From Candidatus Bathyarchaeota archaeon (GTDB taxonomy: Archaea; Thermoproteota; Bathyarchaeia; 40CM-2-53-6): 64,000 bases of DNA. Made by a program: the position numbers and the translations under genes. Under the pieces are notes generated by a model. It saw only the letters and a program-made list of their open reading frames with translations, ran no database searches and was not told the origin of the DNA. Shown one piece after another: positions 10,159 to 19,156 of this stretch (the stretch's first letter is position 1; every line of letters begins with the position of its first letter). Location of the stretch: NCBI GenBank assembly GCA_005881615.1, contig VBBR01000032.1, forward strand, positions 3,183 to 67,182, given 5' to 3'.

Positions 10159-10274
10159 TGGTGGGCCCGCCCGGATTCGAACCGGGGACCGTCAGGTTTC
10201 CCGAACTTGGGGCTATGAGCCTGCCGCTCTTTCAGTTCTTCAACCTGAAGAAAACCTAGCTGAGCTACGGGCCC
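10159..10274 (-). tRNA. tRNA-Ile(CAU) (Ile2 type) with two introns (D-loop about 20/21, and 37/38); CCA encoded
   Basis: Reverse complement reads GGGCCCG TA GCTC AGCTAGGTT [about 22-nt hairpin intron 10231-10252] AGAGC G GCAGG CT CAT A [16-nt intron 10198-10213] A CCTGA CGGTC CCCGG TTCGAAT CCGGG CGGGCCC A CCA. The GGGCCC acceptor suggests Ile rather than Met. Confidence 0.85.
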
Positions 10275-10567
10275 TCCAAGAAAGCCGCTCGCACACACCT
10301 AATTCTTAATGGTTTAGCGCAGACTCAATCCTGTAACGACCTTAATTTGCGACATGTAATAGCTACTCTACGGTATCGGTAAGGTACGTTGTAGCGGTTC
10401 TTGGGACTTTTCTGATTTTGTTTGGGCTCGTTGCACGTTCTACGGGCCTGATGAAGAGTCGAAGAGACTCAAACTATGGTCTGGCGACAGTCTGGTTCAA
10501 TCCCGTTTCTCTCGGAGCGATATTCATACTGGACGGGTTTTTCGTCTTGTAGATGATGCTGCCTATC

Positions 10568-10577
10568 TTTTAATAAA
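10568..10577 (+). promoter_or_regulatory. TATA box for tRNA-Asn
   Basis: ttttaataaa lies about 40 nt upstream of the mature tRNA 5' end, implying a leader of about 15-20 nt. Confidence 0.55.
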
Positions 10578-10618
10578 CGGGGCTTGTCGGGTTGTCGGTT
10601 GCCGCCGGCTGTATGCGG

Positions 10619-10762
10619 GCCGCCGTTCCCTCAGAGGTTTGGGGGCGCGAGCTCAGTGGTAGAGCAGCGGACTCGGCTTGTGGCTGAGGCTGAAGCTGTT
10701 AAAGTGGAAGGTCCACTGTAGCAACCCGTTGGTCACAGGTTCGAACCCTGTCGGCGGCGCCA
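10619..10762 (+). tRNA. tRNA-Asn(GUU) with three introns (8/9, 30/31, 37/38); CCA encoded
   Basis: GCCGCCG T [10627-10649] A GCTC AGTGGTA GAGC A GCGG [10671-10694] G CT GTT A [10702-10723] A CCCGT TGGTC ACAGG TTCGAAC CCTGT CGGCGGC G CCA gives a 75-nt cloverleaf after splicing. Each intron has a bulge-helix-bulge. Confidence 0.9.
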
Positions 10763-11251
10763 ACTTCGAGAAACCTAGCATTTGGCTGGGGCCACCAGAA
10801 CGACCTGAGACTTGGGTTTGCCCTTGCTCAGGCGTTCTTAAGTGATCCCTTCGTGGTTACAACATTTCTAACTGTCCGGGCCGCTACTTCTGAGCCCATA
10901 TCATCGGCTGTGAGAACGAAAGAGTTCCTTGAGTTCCATGGCACTGTCAACTCTTCGGTTGCTGTTTCTTGTTCTTCGGTCGTCTCTAACTGTTTTGTTC
11001 GAGGAGTGACCGATTATTCGTTAGGGGCGTTCGTCAGATGAGCCCTGTTACGCTTGGGGGAGGTGACTGGTTGGTTGGCCACTGTAAAATCCCTGCCTTG
11101 CAACGGGCCAAGCTACCACGCTACGGGCGTGAGGGGGCGGTTGAGGTTCGACCGTTCCCTGCCGAAAAGAGGCTCGGTGTCCCTGAGGCGCAAGGGCTCT
11201 CAGGTGAAGCAGTGAAGGGGAACCCGATGACGACGGTAATCCTCGGAGTCG

Positions 11252-11881
11252 ATGAGAACAAGTCTAGTCTTCGAACAACCGAAGACTTGACAGAACCAGT
11301 TCCAGCAAACGCTAAGGGAGCTAGAAAGCCAGGTTCGTAAGCTCCTGAAGGAAGCAGCGGAAAGCGGTCCTTCCGAGAGAACCCGGGATCTTACTGGGAG
11401 AGTCTACGATCTGGCCGAACGAGCCAACCAAATTCGGCCCCAAGAAGCTAGGAACCAGTCTACTACCAACCAGTCAGTCTTGGAAAAGCTTCCCGAAGAG
11501 TTCAATGAGGATTTTGGTAGATTCAAGGCATTGGTAACCTTCGTTGAACCGGTCCGAAAGCAGCACTATAACGCCACGGGTCACAATATAGGAAGAACCT
11601 ATGGTTCCTTTGGAACCAGTGAACTCTCGCCAGGACACCACCACGGCAAGTCCGTCATCAGTACCCTAGAAATCCGTTGCGACGCCTGCGGTAACGAATC
11701 CCCCCAGTCAGAAAGAAGAGATTACCCAATTCACGTTCTGCTTCACGACCGAGAACAATGGGAAGTTTGTACCGGTCAATCCGGCTGTGAATGCCAAGGC
11801 TACGAGGGCAAGGGCGTTCGAATTGGCGTCAACCTTTCTCCTGAGAGAGTAGGGAAAAGGGAAAGAGCCCAAGCTCTCTGA
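11252..11881 (+). pseudogene. Hypothetical coiled-coil plus Cys/His (Zn-binding-like) protein, interrupted near its 5' end
   Basis: ORF 11480-11881 is open upstream to 11291 (QNQFQQTLRELESQVRKLL...). A TGA at 11288 separates it from ATG 11252. The C-terminus has CDACG...H...C..GCEC. Confidence 0.4.
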
Positions 11882-12140
11882 GTAGTTTTCGCATACCGCT
11901 CCACGTATAAGTCGAACTCTCGGTTTGCTGGCAAGTCACTCACTGATCATTTTTCGAACGTTCTTCCGAAAAATAGGCACGCTCTTCTCAAGAAGCGGTT
12001 TGGGAAGATTCATAATCCTTGTCGCCGTTGTGACCTAGGAAATCGCTATCCATGCAAATATGTATCAAAAGATAGAAATCGGATTGATGATTTGTCAATC
12101 CTTATTATTCGCGGCGACGAGTATCGACGATAAGGACGCT

Positions 12141-13493
12141 TTGACAAATGTAGATATGCGCCTCAGGGCTGATGCTGAACGACTTTCTCAGTCTTGGCTA
12201 TCAGACCGCTGGAATGGAATCCGTCGGCTTTACTCGGCCGAGGACGTCTGCAAGCTCCGGGGGACCGTCCATCCAGAGTGCACCTTGGCTCGACTCGGTG
12301 CGGAAAAGTTTGAGCGCCTCTTAAGGGACGAGGCGTACATTCCCACTCTCGGCGCTCTGACTGGGGTACAAGCTGTCCAGATGGTCCAGGCTGGGCTCAA
12401 GGCGATCTACATGAGCGGCTGGCAGGTAGCCGCAGACGCTAACCTTTCAGGCCAAACTTACCCTGACCAAAGTCTGTACCCGGCCAACAGTGTTCCGAAT
12501 CTAGTGAAGAGGATCAATCAGGCATTCCAGAGAGCCGACCAGATACAATTCGTGAGTGGCCAAGGGAGAATCGACTGGCTCGCACCGATCATTGCCGACG
12601 CAGAGGCAGGGTTCGGAGGCCCCCTCAACGCCTTCGAACTGATGAAAATGATGATAGAGGCTGGAGCGGCAGGAGTGCACTTCGAAGACCAGCTCGCTTC
12701 AGAGAAGAAATGCGGCCACCTAGGCGGAAAGGTCCTAGTTCCCACTCACCAGTTCATCAAGACTCTGATCGCGGCCCGACTTGCATCCGACATAATGGGC
12801 GTCCCAACATATCTCATCGCGCGAACAGATGCAATGGGAGCCAAACTCTTGTCGAGCGACTCCGATCCGAGAGACCTGCCTTACATGACCGGTGAGAGAA
12901 CCGCGGAGGGTTTCTACAGAATCAAGCCCGGCATAGAGGCTGCCATTGCGCGAGGTATGAGCTACGCGCCTTACGCTGACATCCTGTGGTGTGAGACTTC
13001 CACTCCGGACCTTGAGGAGGCGAGAAGGTTCGCAGATGCTGTTCACAGAGTGTTCCCTGGAAAGCTGCTAGCATACAATTGCTCGCCATCATTCAATTGG
13101 GAGAAACATCTGGATCCGGAGAGCATTCGGCGTTTTCAGAGAGAACTGGGCATGATGGGTTACAAGTTCCAGTTCGTCACATTGGCCGGTTTCCACAGTC
13201 TCTCAGTATCCATGTTCGAGCTGGCGAAACAGTACGCTGTTGAAGGAATGGCGGCATATGTTCGCGTCCAGAGGAAAGAGTTCGAAGCCGAACCTGCAGG
13301 CTACACCGCGGTGAAGCACCAGGCGTTTGTGGGAACAGAATACTTCGACGAGGTCGCAAACGTAATCTCGAGCGGAATGTCTTCGACCACAGCCATGAGC
13401 GAATCTACTGAAGCGGTCCAGTTCAAAGAACAATCCGTTCTGGTACCGCCTCCAGTTTCAAGCACCAAATCTGACCGAGACCGGAACCAGTAG
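12141..13493 (+). CDS. aceA: Isocitrate lyase
   Basis: [20 protein letters not shown], catalytic [15 protein letters not shown]. Start uncertain (12060/12141/12156). Confidence 0.97.
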   Translation: MTNVDMRLRADAERLSQSWLSDRWNGIRRLYSAEDVCKLRGTVHPECTLARLGAEKFERLLRDEAYIPTLGALTGVQAVQMVQAGLKAIYMSGWQVAADANLSGQTYPDQSLYPANSVPNLVKRINQAFQRADQIQFVSGQGRIDWLAPIIADAEAGFGGPLNAFELMKMMIEAGAAGVHFEDQLASEKKCGHLGGKVLVPTHQFIKTLIAARLASDIMGVPTYLIARTDAMGAKLLSSDSDPRDLPYMTGERTAEGFYRIKPGIEAAIARGMSYAPYADILWCETSTPDLEEARRFADAVHRVFPGKLLAYNCSPSFNWEKHLDPESIRRFQRELGMMGYKFQFVTLAGFHSLSVSMFELAKQYAVEGMAAYVRVQRKEFEAEPAGYTAVKHQAFVGTEYFDEVANVISSGMSSTTAMSESTEAVQFKEQSVLVPPPVSSTKSDRDRNQ

Positions 13494-13495
13494 GT

Positions 13496-15109
13496 TTGCA
13501 CTTATCCGACGAAACGAAAAGCCAATCCGCGCTAGCACTGGAACCGCGAAGCCTCAAAATTACAGGGCCCCACATACAGGGTTTAGAAGAGATACTGACA
13601 CCTGACGCTTTAGCCTTTGTCGGAGATCTTGTTCTAGAATTTTCTCCACGTCTCGAGTCGCTACTGGGGAAGAGAATGATCGTTCACGAGAATCTCCGAA
13701 ACGGAGCACTTCCCGATTTTCTGGAAGAGACACGTGAAATTAGAACATCCGAATGGAAAGTCGGACCTATCCCACCTGATCTTCGACAAAGACGGGTAGA
13801 GATCACTGGCCCGGTCGACCGGAAGATGGTGATAAACGCGCTCAACTCTGGCGCTGATGTCTACATGGCCGATTTCGAGGACTCCCACTCGCCGACCTGG
13901 GAGGGAACCGTTCAGGGCCAAGCTAACCTTCGAGACGCGGTAGACCGGACCATTAGATACACTGGTCCTGACGGCCGAGAGTACAAGTTAGGTGAGAAAC
14001 TTGCAACTCTCATGGTGCGGCCTCGAGGCTTACACCTAATTGAGAAACATGTTCTAATCGAGTCCCGCCCGATTCCAGCTTTCCTCTTCGACTACGGCCT
14101 CTTTCTCTACCACAACGCCAATAAATTGATCAGGCAAGGGACCGGGCCGTACTTCTACATCCCGAAACTCGAGAGCTATCTAGAAGCCCGCCTCTGGAAC
14201 GACATCTTCGACTACTCTGAGAAAACCCTCAAGCTTCCGCGCGCCGGCATAAAGTGCAGTGTTCTAATCGAAACAATTCTAGCCGGATTCCAGATGGACG
14301 AAGTCCTCTACCAATTGCGCGAGAGGATTACAGCCCTCAACCTCGGCCGCTGGGACTACATCTTTAGCCTGATCAAATTCCTGGGCCACGACCCGAGATT
14401 TCTAGTTCCCGAAAGACCCCTCCTCCCCATGACAGCACCCTTCCTCAAGTCCAGCTCCGTTCTATTGGCCCAATCCTGCCACCGACGAGGCGCCTACGCA
14501 ATCGGAGGGATGGCTGCCCAGGTCCCCATCAAAGGCGACCCCCGTTCCCAGGAAGCCATCGACAAAGTAGTCGCTGATAAGACGCGGGAAGTTGCTGAGG
14601 GATACGAGGGCGCTTGGGTCGCCCATCCTGGTCTGGTACCAGTCGTGATGAATGTCTTCGACAGCCGTCCTGTAGAATCTAAGAACATTGAAGCGATTAC
14701 GGAGATAAGCCGCGAGGATCTCCTCAAAGTGCCCGAGCCAAAGATAAGCGAACAGTCTCTAAGAGCAAATGTCGCTGTCAGCCTAAAGTATCTAGAATCC
14801 TGGCTGGGAGGTCTCGGTTGCGTCGCAATCAACAACCTAATGGAAGACACTGCCACGGTGGAAATATGCAGAGCCCAGATCTGGCAGTGGATTCATCACT
14901 CCGCCAAGCTTCTTGACGGCCAGACGATTACGCGCGAGCTGTTCAGGAGAATTTTGAGGGAAGAAACGGCCAGAATAAGTGGAGGAGTCAAATCGCAAGC
15001 CGACGCAGAACCCAATTTCAAGATCGCAGGAGATCTGCTTGACTCACTTGTGACTAGTGATACCTTTTCCGAGTTCATCACGCTGCTCGCCTACAACTAT
15101 CTAAGCTGA
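13496..15109 (+). CDS. aceB: Malate synthase A
   Basis: RRVEITGP, MADFEDS, VRPRG, GRWDYIFS, GGMAAQ, LMEDTAT. Confidence 0.96.
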   Translation: MHLSDETKSQSALALEPRSLKITGPHIQGLEEILTPDALAFVGDLVLEFSPRLESLLGKRMIVHENLRNGALPDFLEETREIRTSEWKVGPIPPDLRQRRVEITGPVDRKMVINALNSGADVYMADFEDSHSPTWEGTVQGQANLRDAVDRTIRYTGPDGREYKLGEKLATLMVRPRGLHLIEKHVLIESRPIPAFLFDYGLFLYHNANKLIRQGTGPYFYIPKLESYLEARLWNDIFDYSEKTLKLPRAGIKCSVLIETILAGFQMDEVLYQLRERITALNLGRWDYIFSLIKFLGHDPRFLVPERPLLPMTAPFLKSSSVLLAQSCHRRGAYAIGGMAAQVPIKGDPRSQEAIDKVVADKTREVAEGYEGAWVAHPGLVPVVMNVFDSRPVESKNIEAITEISREDLLKVPEPKISEQSLRANVAVSLKYLESWLGGLGCVAINNLMEDTATVEICRAQIWQWIHHSAKLLDGQTITRELFRRILREETARISGGVKSQADAEPNFKIAGDLLDSLVTSDTFSEFITLLAYNYLS

Positions 15110-15387
15110 CAAACTGTCCGACCGAAGCGAGCGTGCAAAGGGGCTTTTTCCAAACATTTCCAAAAATAAGCATACTCTTTCTAGACCCCCGGGGTGGTCG
15201 ATTTTCGCGTGTCCCGCCTTCCTGAAAACCTTCCAAAAAAAGGATCTATTCTTGGATAATCGTAACCATGTCGGTTACTATTGTCCATACTATGGATGCG
15301 TGGGTACCGACACGAATTATAAGCCGATTCCGCTAGTAGTCATCTAACGAACAGAAAAGCTACGAGCTTGTTTGTTGGTTTTAGCAA

Positions 15388-15699
15388 ATGAAGCTTGACC
15401 AAGGACCTTCCGGAGAGCTAACTGTCCTAGATTCAGGATACACAGACCAAGTCTTACTAGATTGTGTCAGCGAGGAGTATCTGCGGATCAAAGCGATCAT
15501 CTACAACTCGCTCAACGACATGAACAAGCTCTTCCTGGTCGACCGGGCGTTGTACACGAACAGTCCGGAGAGACCCCTCTTCATGGAGCTGACACCCCAA
15601 AACATGTCGGCCATGAGAAAGCCCCTAGTGATCTCGGAAGTGAAACTGTACAGCGTGGAGAGGACTTGGGGTCTATCCACACTTAGAATGATGAAGTAA
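15388..15699 (+). CDS. Hypothetical protein
   Basis: 103-aa ATG ORF with coding-like composition, convergent on Alba. Confidence 0.6.
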   Translation: MKLDQGPSGELTVLDSGYTDQVLLDCVSEEYLRIKAIIYNSLNDMNKLFLVDRALYTNSPERPLFMELTPQNMSAMRKPLVISEVKLYSVERTWGLSTLRMMK

Positions 15700-15704
15700 G
15701 ATTT

Positions 15705-16076
15705 TCAGTCGTTTCTTGTCAGAACAATCTCTATGGTGGACACGTTCCGCTGTTCGTCTCCCTCGCCAAGCAACTCAGTCGCAATCTTAACTTCCTTGAT
15801 AACCAGCTTGCCCTGGAAGAACCGGTTCCTAACGACCTCGACAACATCCACGGCGTGGCTGATCGATTGACCACGGGCCTTGACCGTTATTTGTTTGGAA
15901 CCCATGTTGAAGTGCATCATGACAGCCGTAGCATAGGCCATCAAAGGCTTCTTTCCGATGAATACTACGTCCGGCGGAGCCCTGTTCATAGGACGTGCAG
16001 GATGTGTCTCAGGGGTTCTTTCCGGGGTTCGTTCTGTACGTGCGGGACGTTTCGGTTCAGTTTTTTCCACTTGCAA
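15705..16076 (-). CDS. albA: DNA/RNA-binding chromatin protein Alba with an N-terminal Pro/Arg/Thr/Glu extension
   Basis: VFIGKKPLMAY, VKARGQSISHAVDVVEV, RNVSTIEI. Confidence 0.93.
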   Translation of the reverse strand: MQVEKTEPKRPARTERTPERTPETHPARPMNRAPPDVVFIGKKPLMAYATAVMMHFNMGSKQITVKARGQSISHAVDVVEVVRNRFFQGKLVIKEVKIATELLGEGDEQRNVSTIEIVLTRND

Positions 16077-16223
16077 ACACTAGCCTCTTTGAATCCTTAC
16101 GGTAACGAAGCGGGGAAGGTTCTCGCGACTTAAGCCTTTGCGCACCAACGGTTGCGGAAGAAGAAGAGAAAAAAAGAGAAATTGGGAATTTTGGAGGGGA
16201 GAACGTTCCCCCGAGACGTTGTT

Positions 16224-17354
16224 CTAGATAATGTCTCGGGTGAGAGCTTCTCGGAACTTGACCCTGCAGTCTTGGCACTGGAAGAGGCCGATCAACACGT
16301 TCTTCTTGGATTTGCCGCCTTTGAGTTCCCAGACCTTTGCAGCCTTGGGAACGTCAGCGCCGCACTTTGGACAGACAACCTTGTAGAACTGGCTTGGCAG
16401 CTGTAGGCTTGGCTGGGCCATGTCGGGTCCTGAGGGGATGCCTGGGACAGTTTCGGTGCCAGGGATTGTTGGTGAGATCTCGCTCTCTGTTGTTGCGATC
16501 GCTGAGGAAGCTTCGAGAGTAGGCATGTCATCGACGACTTTGACGACAAGCGCGTCAGCAACATCCTCAACGTATTCCTGAGCTGGTGCTGCATTGAAAG
16601 AATCTTCGACGATGGGTGTGCTTGCTTGAGTCAATGGAATAATTGGGGCTGCGATGGTATCCTCAGAGACTACGGATAGTGGTTGAGCCTGCTCTTGGAC
16701 CGGTGGGGTGAACACCGGAGTCGGAACGGAGACTGGAGCGCTAGTCGGAGCATTGTTTGTTTGAGGATTCGTCCAGGTTGAACCGTTACTGGATGGCTGG
16801 GGCGGGACGGGTGTTGTCGGGGGAGCCCATGGTCTCTCGGAGACAATGGAGCTCGCAGCGAACTTGACGCTTGGCGAAGTGGGCGTCGGTGCTGGTGCTT
16901 GTTGTGCTGGAGATGGTGTCTGTTGTGGAGCATTCCGTGCCCATTCCTCGATGAGAGTTCGTGGAGCCGGTGGATTGGCCTGTTTGAAGTCGGCTGGTGC
17001 TAGGGGTCTGGTCTCAATGTGGGTTAGGACCTCGATCATGTCTTTGATTTCTTCGATGCTGTGGAGGTTTCGCTGTAGGAGGCCCTTGAACTCTTCGCGT
17101 TGTCCGCGGTATTCTTGTTCGCTGACTTCACCGGTAACGTATTTCGTTTCTAGATTCAGCAGTCGTTGTGGTGTGCTGCCGATCTGGTCCTTTGTCTCTT
17201 TGAGGTGCTCGTTCAACGTGTATCCTAGCACGTTGATTCTGTCTTGGAGGTCTTGTGAGGCTCGTCCGTATTCCTCGTATATGGTCCGCATTTTTTCTTT
17301 GTAGCCGTTGATCTCGCTGATTAACTTCTCTAGAGTTAGATCGTTTAGTACCAT
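16224..17354 (-). CDS. CdvA-like coiled-coil, Pro-rich linker and Cren7-like Zn-ribbon fusion protein
   Basis: N-terminal coiled coil with KYVTGEVSEQEY (compare CdvA LHASGEFDDMNY). About 200-aa P/T/S/A linker. C-terminal CPKCG..KAAKVWELKGGKSKKNVLIGLFQCQDCRVKFR resembles Cren7 (KVWALAPKGRKGVKIGLF...FR). Confidence 0.75.
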   Translation of the reverse strand: MVLNDLTLEKLISEINGYKEKMRTIYEEYGRASQDLQDRINVLGYTLNEHLKETKDQIGSTPQRLLNLETKYVTGEVSEQEYRGQREEFKGLLQRNLHSIEEIKDMIEVLTHIETRPLAPADFKQANPPAPRTLIEEWARNAPQQTPSPAQQAPAPTPTSPSVKFAASSIVSERPWAPPTTPVPPQPSSNGSTWTNPQTNNAPTSAPVSVPTPVFTPPVQEQAQPLSVVSEDTIAAPIIPLTQASTPIVEDSFNAAPAQEYVEDVADALVVKVVDDMPTLEASSAIATTESEISPTIPGTETVPGIPSGPDMAQPSLQLPSQFYKVVCPKCGADVPKAAKVWELKGGKSKKNVLIGLFQCQDCRVKFREALTRDII

Positions 17355-17743
17355 TTTTTTTCATCCTAGGGAAGCGACTTCTATGAGGTAAAATGGTAAA
17401 AGCGTTCAACCGCAAAAACCTCTGAAAACAGGGGTTGTAAACCCAGAATCAGCAATTTGGTAGAAACAAGACTGTCAATGATGCGCGCTGAATTGACCTG
17501 TTTTTAACTAGCAATGCTAAACTGGGATTGGGGAAAACACAACTTCCTACCAATTTTCTGACACCGCATATAAACCAAAACCGTCCTGTGGCCCGCACAA
17601 CATCCCCGCCGAATATCTGTTGACAACATGCAACCTATTGCCTGAGCTAGAATTTCTCTAGCCCGTATACTACGAAACCATACCCTTACGTGTCAAGAAC
17701 CCACTTGGAACGCGTCCCAAGTAAACCAGCTTTCAAGATAGAA

Positions 17744-18394
17744 ATGTCATACAAGTCCATGAAGAATTGGGACCGAGAGCAGAGAGAGCCTTTGCTCTCG
17801 AAGGTCACCGATCGCATCCACCACCAAGAACCGCTCAAGGAGAAGATCTCACAGGTCGTCTACAAGCTCAAAGTACAACAGAATAGGCTTGAAGGAGCCA
17901 ACCTCAAGACACAGCAACACGACAAGTCACTGTTCGACAAGTGCGTCCAAGCCCAGATGTCCAAAGACACCATGCGCAGCGCAATGTACGCCAACGAGAT
18001 CGCGGAGATCCGGAAAATCGCCAAAGTTACACTCAGAAGCGAACTAGCACTCGAACAAGTCGTACTCCGACTCGAAACAATCCAGGAATTCGGCGACGTC
18101 GCAGCCATGATGGGCCCAGTCGCAGGAGTAGTACACCAGATCAAGAACCAGATCGCGGGAGTCATCCCACAAGTCGGCTACGAACTAGGCGAGATCTCCG
18201 ACACACTAAACAGCGTAGTCATGGAAGTTGGCGAAGCAACGGGACAAGGCTATGATCTGGAGGCATCAGGTCCAGAAGCCTCGAAGATCATTTCTGAAGC
18301 CAACACCATAGCTGAGACACGGATGCGTGAGAAGTTCCCGGAGTTACCCTCTCCAACCGCCACTGCAGAACACGAGATAGTGATTCCAAGGTAG
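17744..18394 (+). CDS. cdvB: ESCRT-III/Snf7 family protein, CdvB1/2-like
   Basis: YANEIAEIRK...LEQVVLRLETIQEFGD Snf7 core; C-terminal MIM2-like FPELPSP. Confidence 0.92.
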   Translation: MSYKSMKNWDREQREPLLSKVTDRIHHQEPLKEKISQVVYKLKVQQNRLEGANLKTQQHDKSLFDKCVQAQMSKDTMRSAMYANEIAEIRKIAKVTLRSELALEQVVLRLETIQEFGDVAAMMGPVAGVVHQIKNQIAGVIPQVGYELGEISDTLNSVVMEVGEATGQGYDLEASGPEASKIISEANTIAETRMREKFPELPSPTATAEHEIVIPR

Positions 18395-18429
18395 GAGTAA
18401 CTCCGACAACATTTTTTTGGTGCAAAATC

Positions 18430-19143
18430 ATGCCAATAACACTTGAACAAGTCCGACGATTCCTCGGCAGAACCCTCCAAGACCCCTACGGCAGAGCCTT
18501 CGGCAAAGTCGTAGGCATCTCCGCCAACCTCAGAGACGAGGTAACCGGAGTAGGAATAGAGGAAGGCAACGGAGAATTCCTCCAATGCCCCGGCGACAGA
18601 GTCACCATAACAGGTGACACTCTCGTCCTGGCACCGGCCTGGAAGGTGGAAGCAGAGGAGTTCCGGAAAGAATTCGACATCGTAACTAGACGCCTCCGAG
18701 CCCTTGACGAGCTGTTCAGTGTCGGCGACATCCAGAAGGACGTCTACGAGGATCTAAGGAAACAGCACGAGGACGCGATCAACGAGCTGAAAGGCAAGAG
18801 AAAGGAGATAATCGACACTCTGGCTCAACGAACCAGCGTTCTCAACACGCAGTTGCGACAGTTACAGACACACCTCGCAGGCAACAAGATGTTGCATGCG
18901 TCCGGCGAGTTCGACGATATGAATTACAAACAGGCTAGCGACGCTATCGACAGCGGTCTCGTCCGCGCGATGGCCGAGAAGAAGGACGTTGAGTCAATCT
19001 ACAGTTACCTACAGAAGCTCGACGCGGCCCAAGCGCCCCCCGCTGCACAACAGCCCCAACCCATAGCTCCAACCCCTCAACCAACCACAACAACCTCCCC
19101 CGCGAGAGACCCTGTTCTAGTACTTCACGTGAGGGAGACTTAG
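18430..19143 (+). CDS. cdvA: Cell division protein CdvA
   Basis: PRC-barrel start FLGRTLQDPYGRAFGKVVG, PAWK, coiled coil, Pro linker, terminal beta-strand PVLVLHVRET (ESCRT-III-binding peptide). Confidence 0.9.
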   Translation: MPITLEQVRRFLGRTLQDPYGRAFGKVVGISANLRDEVTGVGIEEGNGEFLQCPGDRVTITGDTLVLAPAWKVEAEEFRKEFDIVTRRLRALDELFSVGDIQKDVYEDLRKQHEDAINELKGKRKEIIDTLAQRTSVLNTQLRQLQTHLAGNKMLHASGEFDDMNYKQASDAIDSGLVRAMAEKKDVESIYSYLQKLDAAQAPPAAQQPQPIAPTPQPTTTTSPARDPVLVLHVRET

Positions 19144-19156
19144 GAGGATTCAAGGG

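Noticed and set aside
9870-10298. 142-aa minus-strand ORF
   Set aside because: It is a chimera reading through the tRNA-Ile gene into the GmrSD pseudogene.
10601-10618. Second GCCGCCG 18 nt upstream of tRNA-Asn, a possible fourth intron in the acceptor stem
   Set aside because: I could not build a BHB giving a correct junction. It is treated as leader sequence, two bases of which pair in the 8/9 BHB.
11288-11290. In-frame TGA as possible selenocysteine or readthrough
   Set aside because: It is not in a redox-motif context and no SECIS is evident; a nonsense mutation or frameshift is simpler.
1-12000. Intact integrative element or provirus
   Set aside because: No integrase, transposase, replication or capsid gene is recognisable; only att-like scars remain.
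15121-15300. TTCCAAA repeats and GTAACC-N5-GGTTAC palindrome as a replication origin
   Set aside because: No convincing ORB consensus and no adjacent cdc6/orc1 gene.
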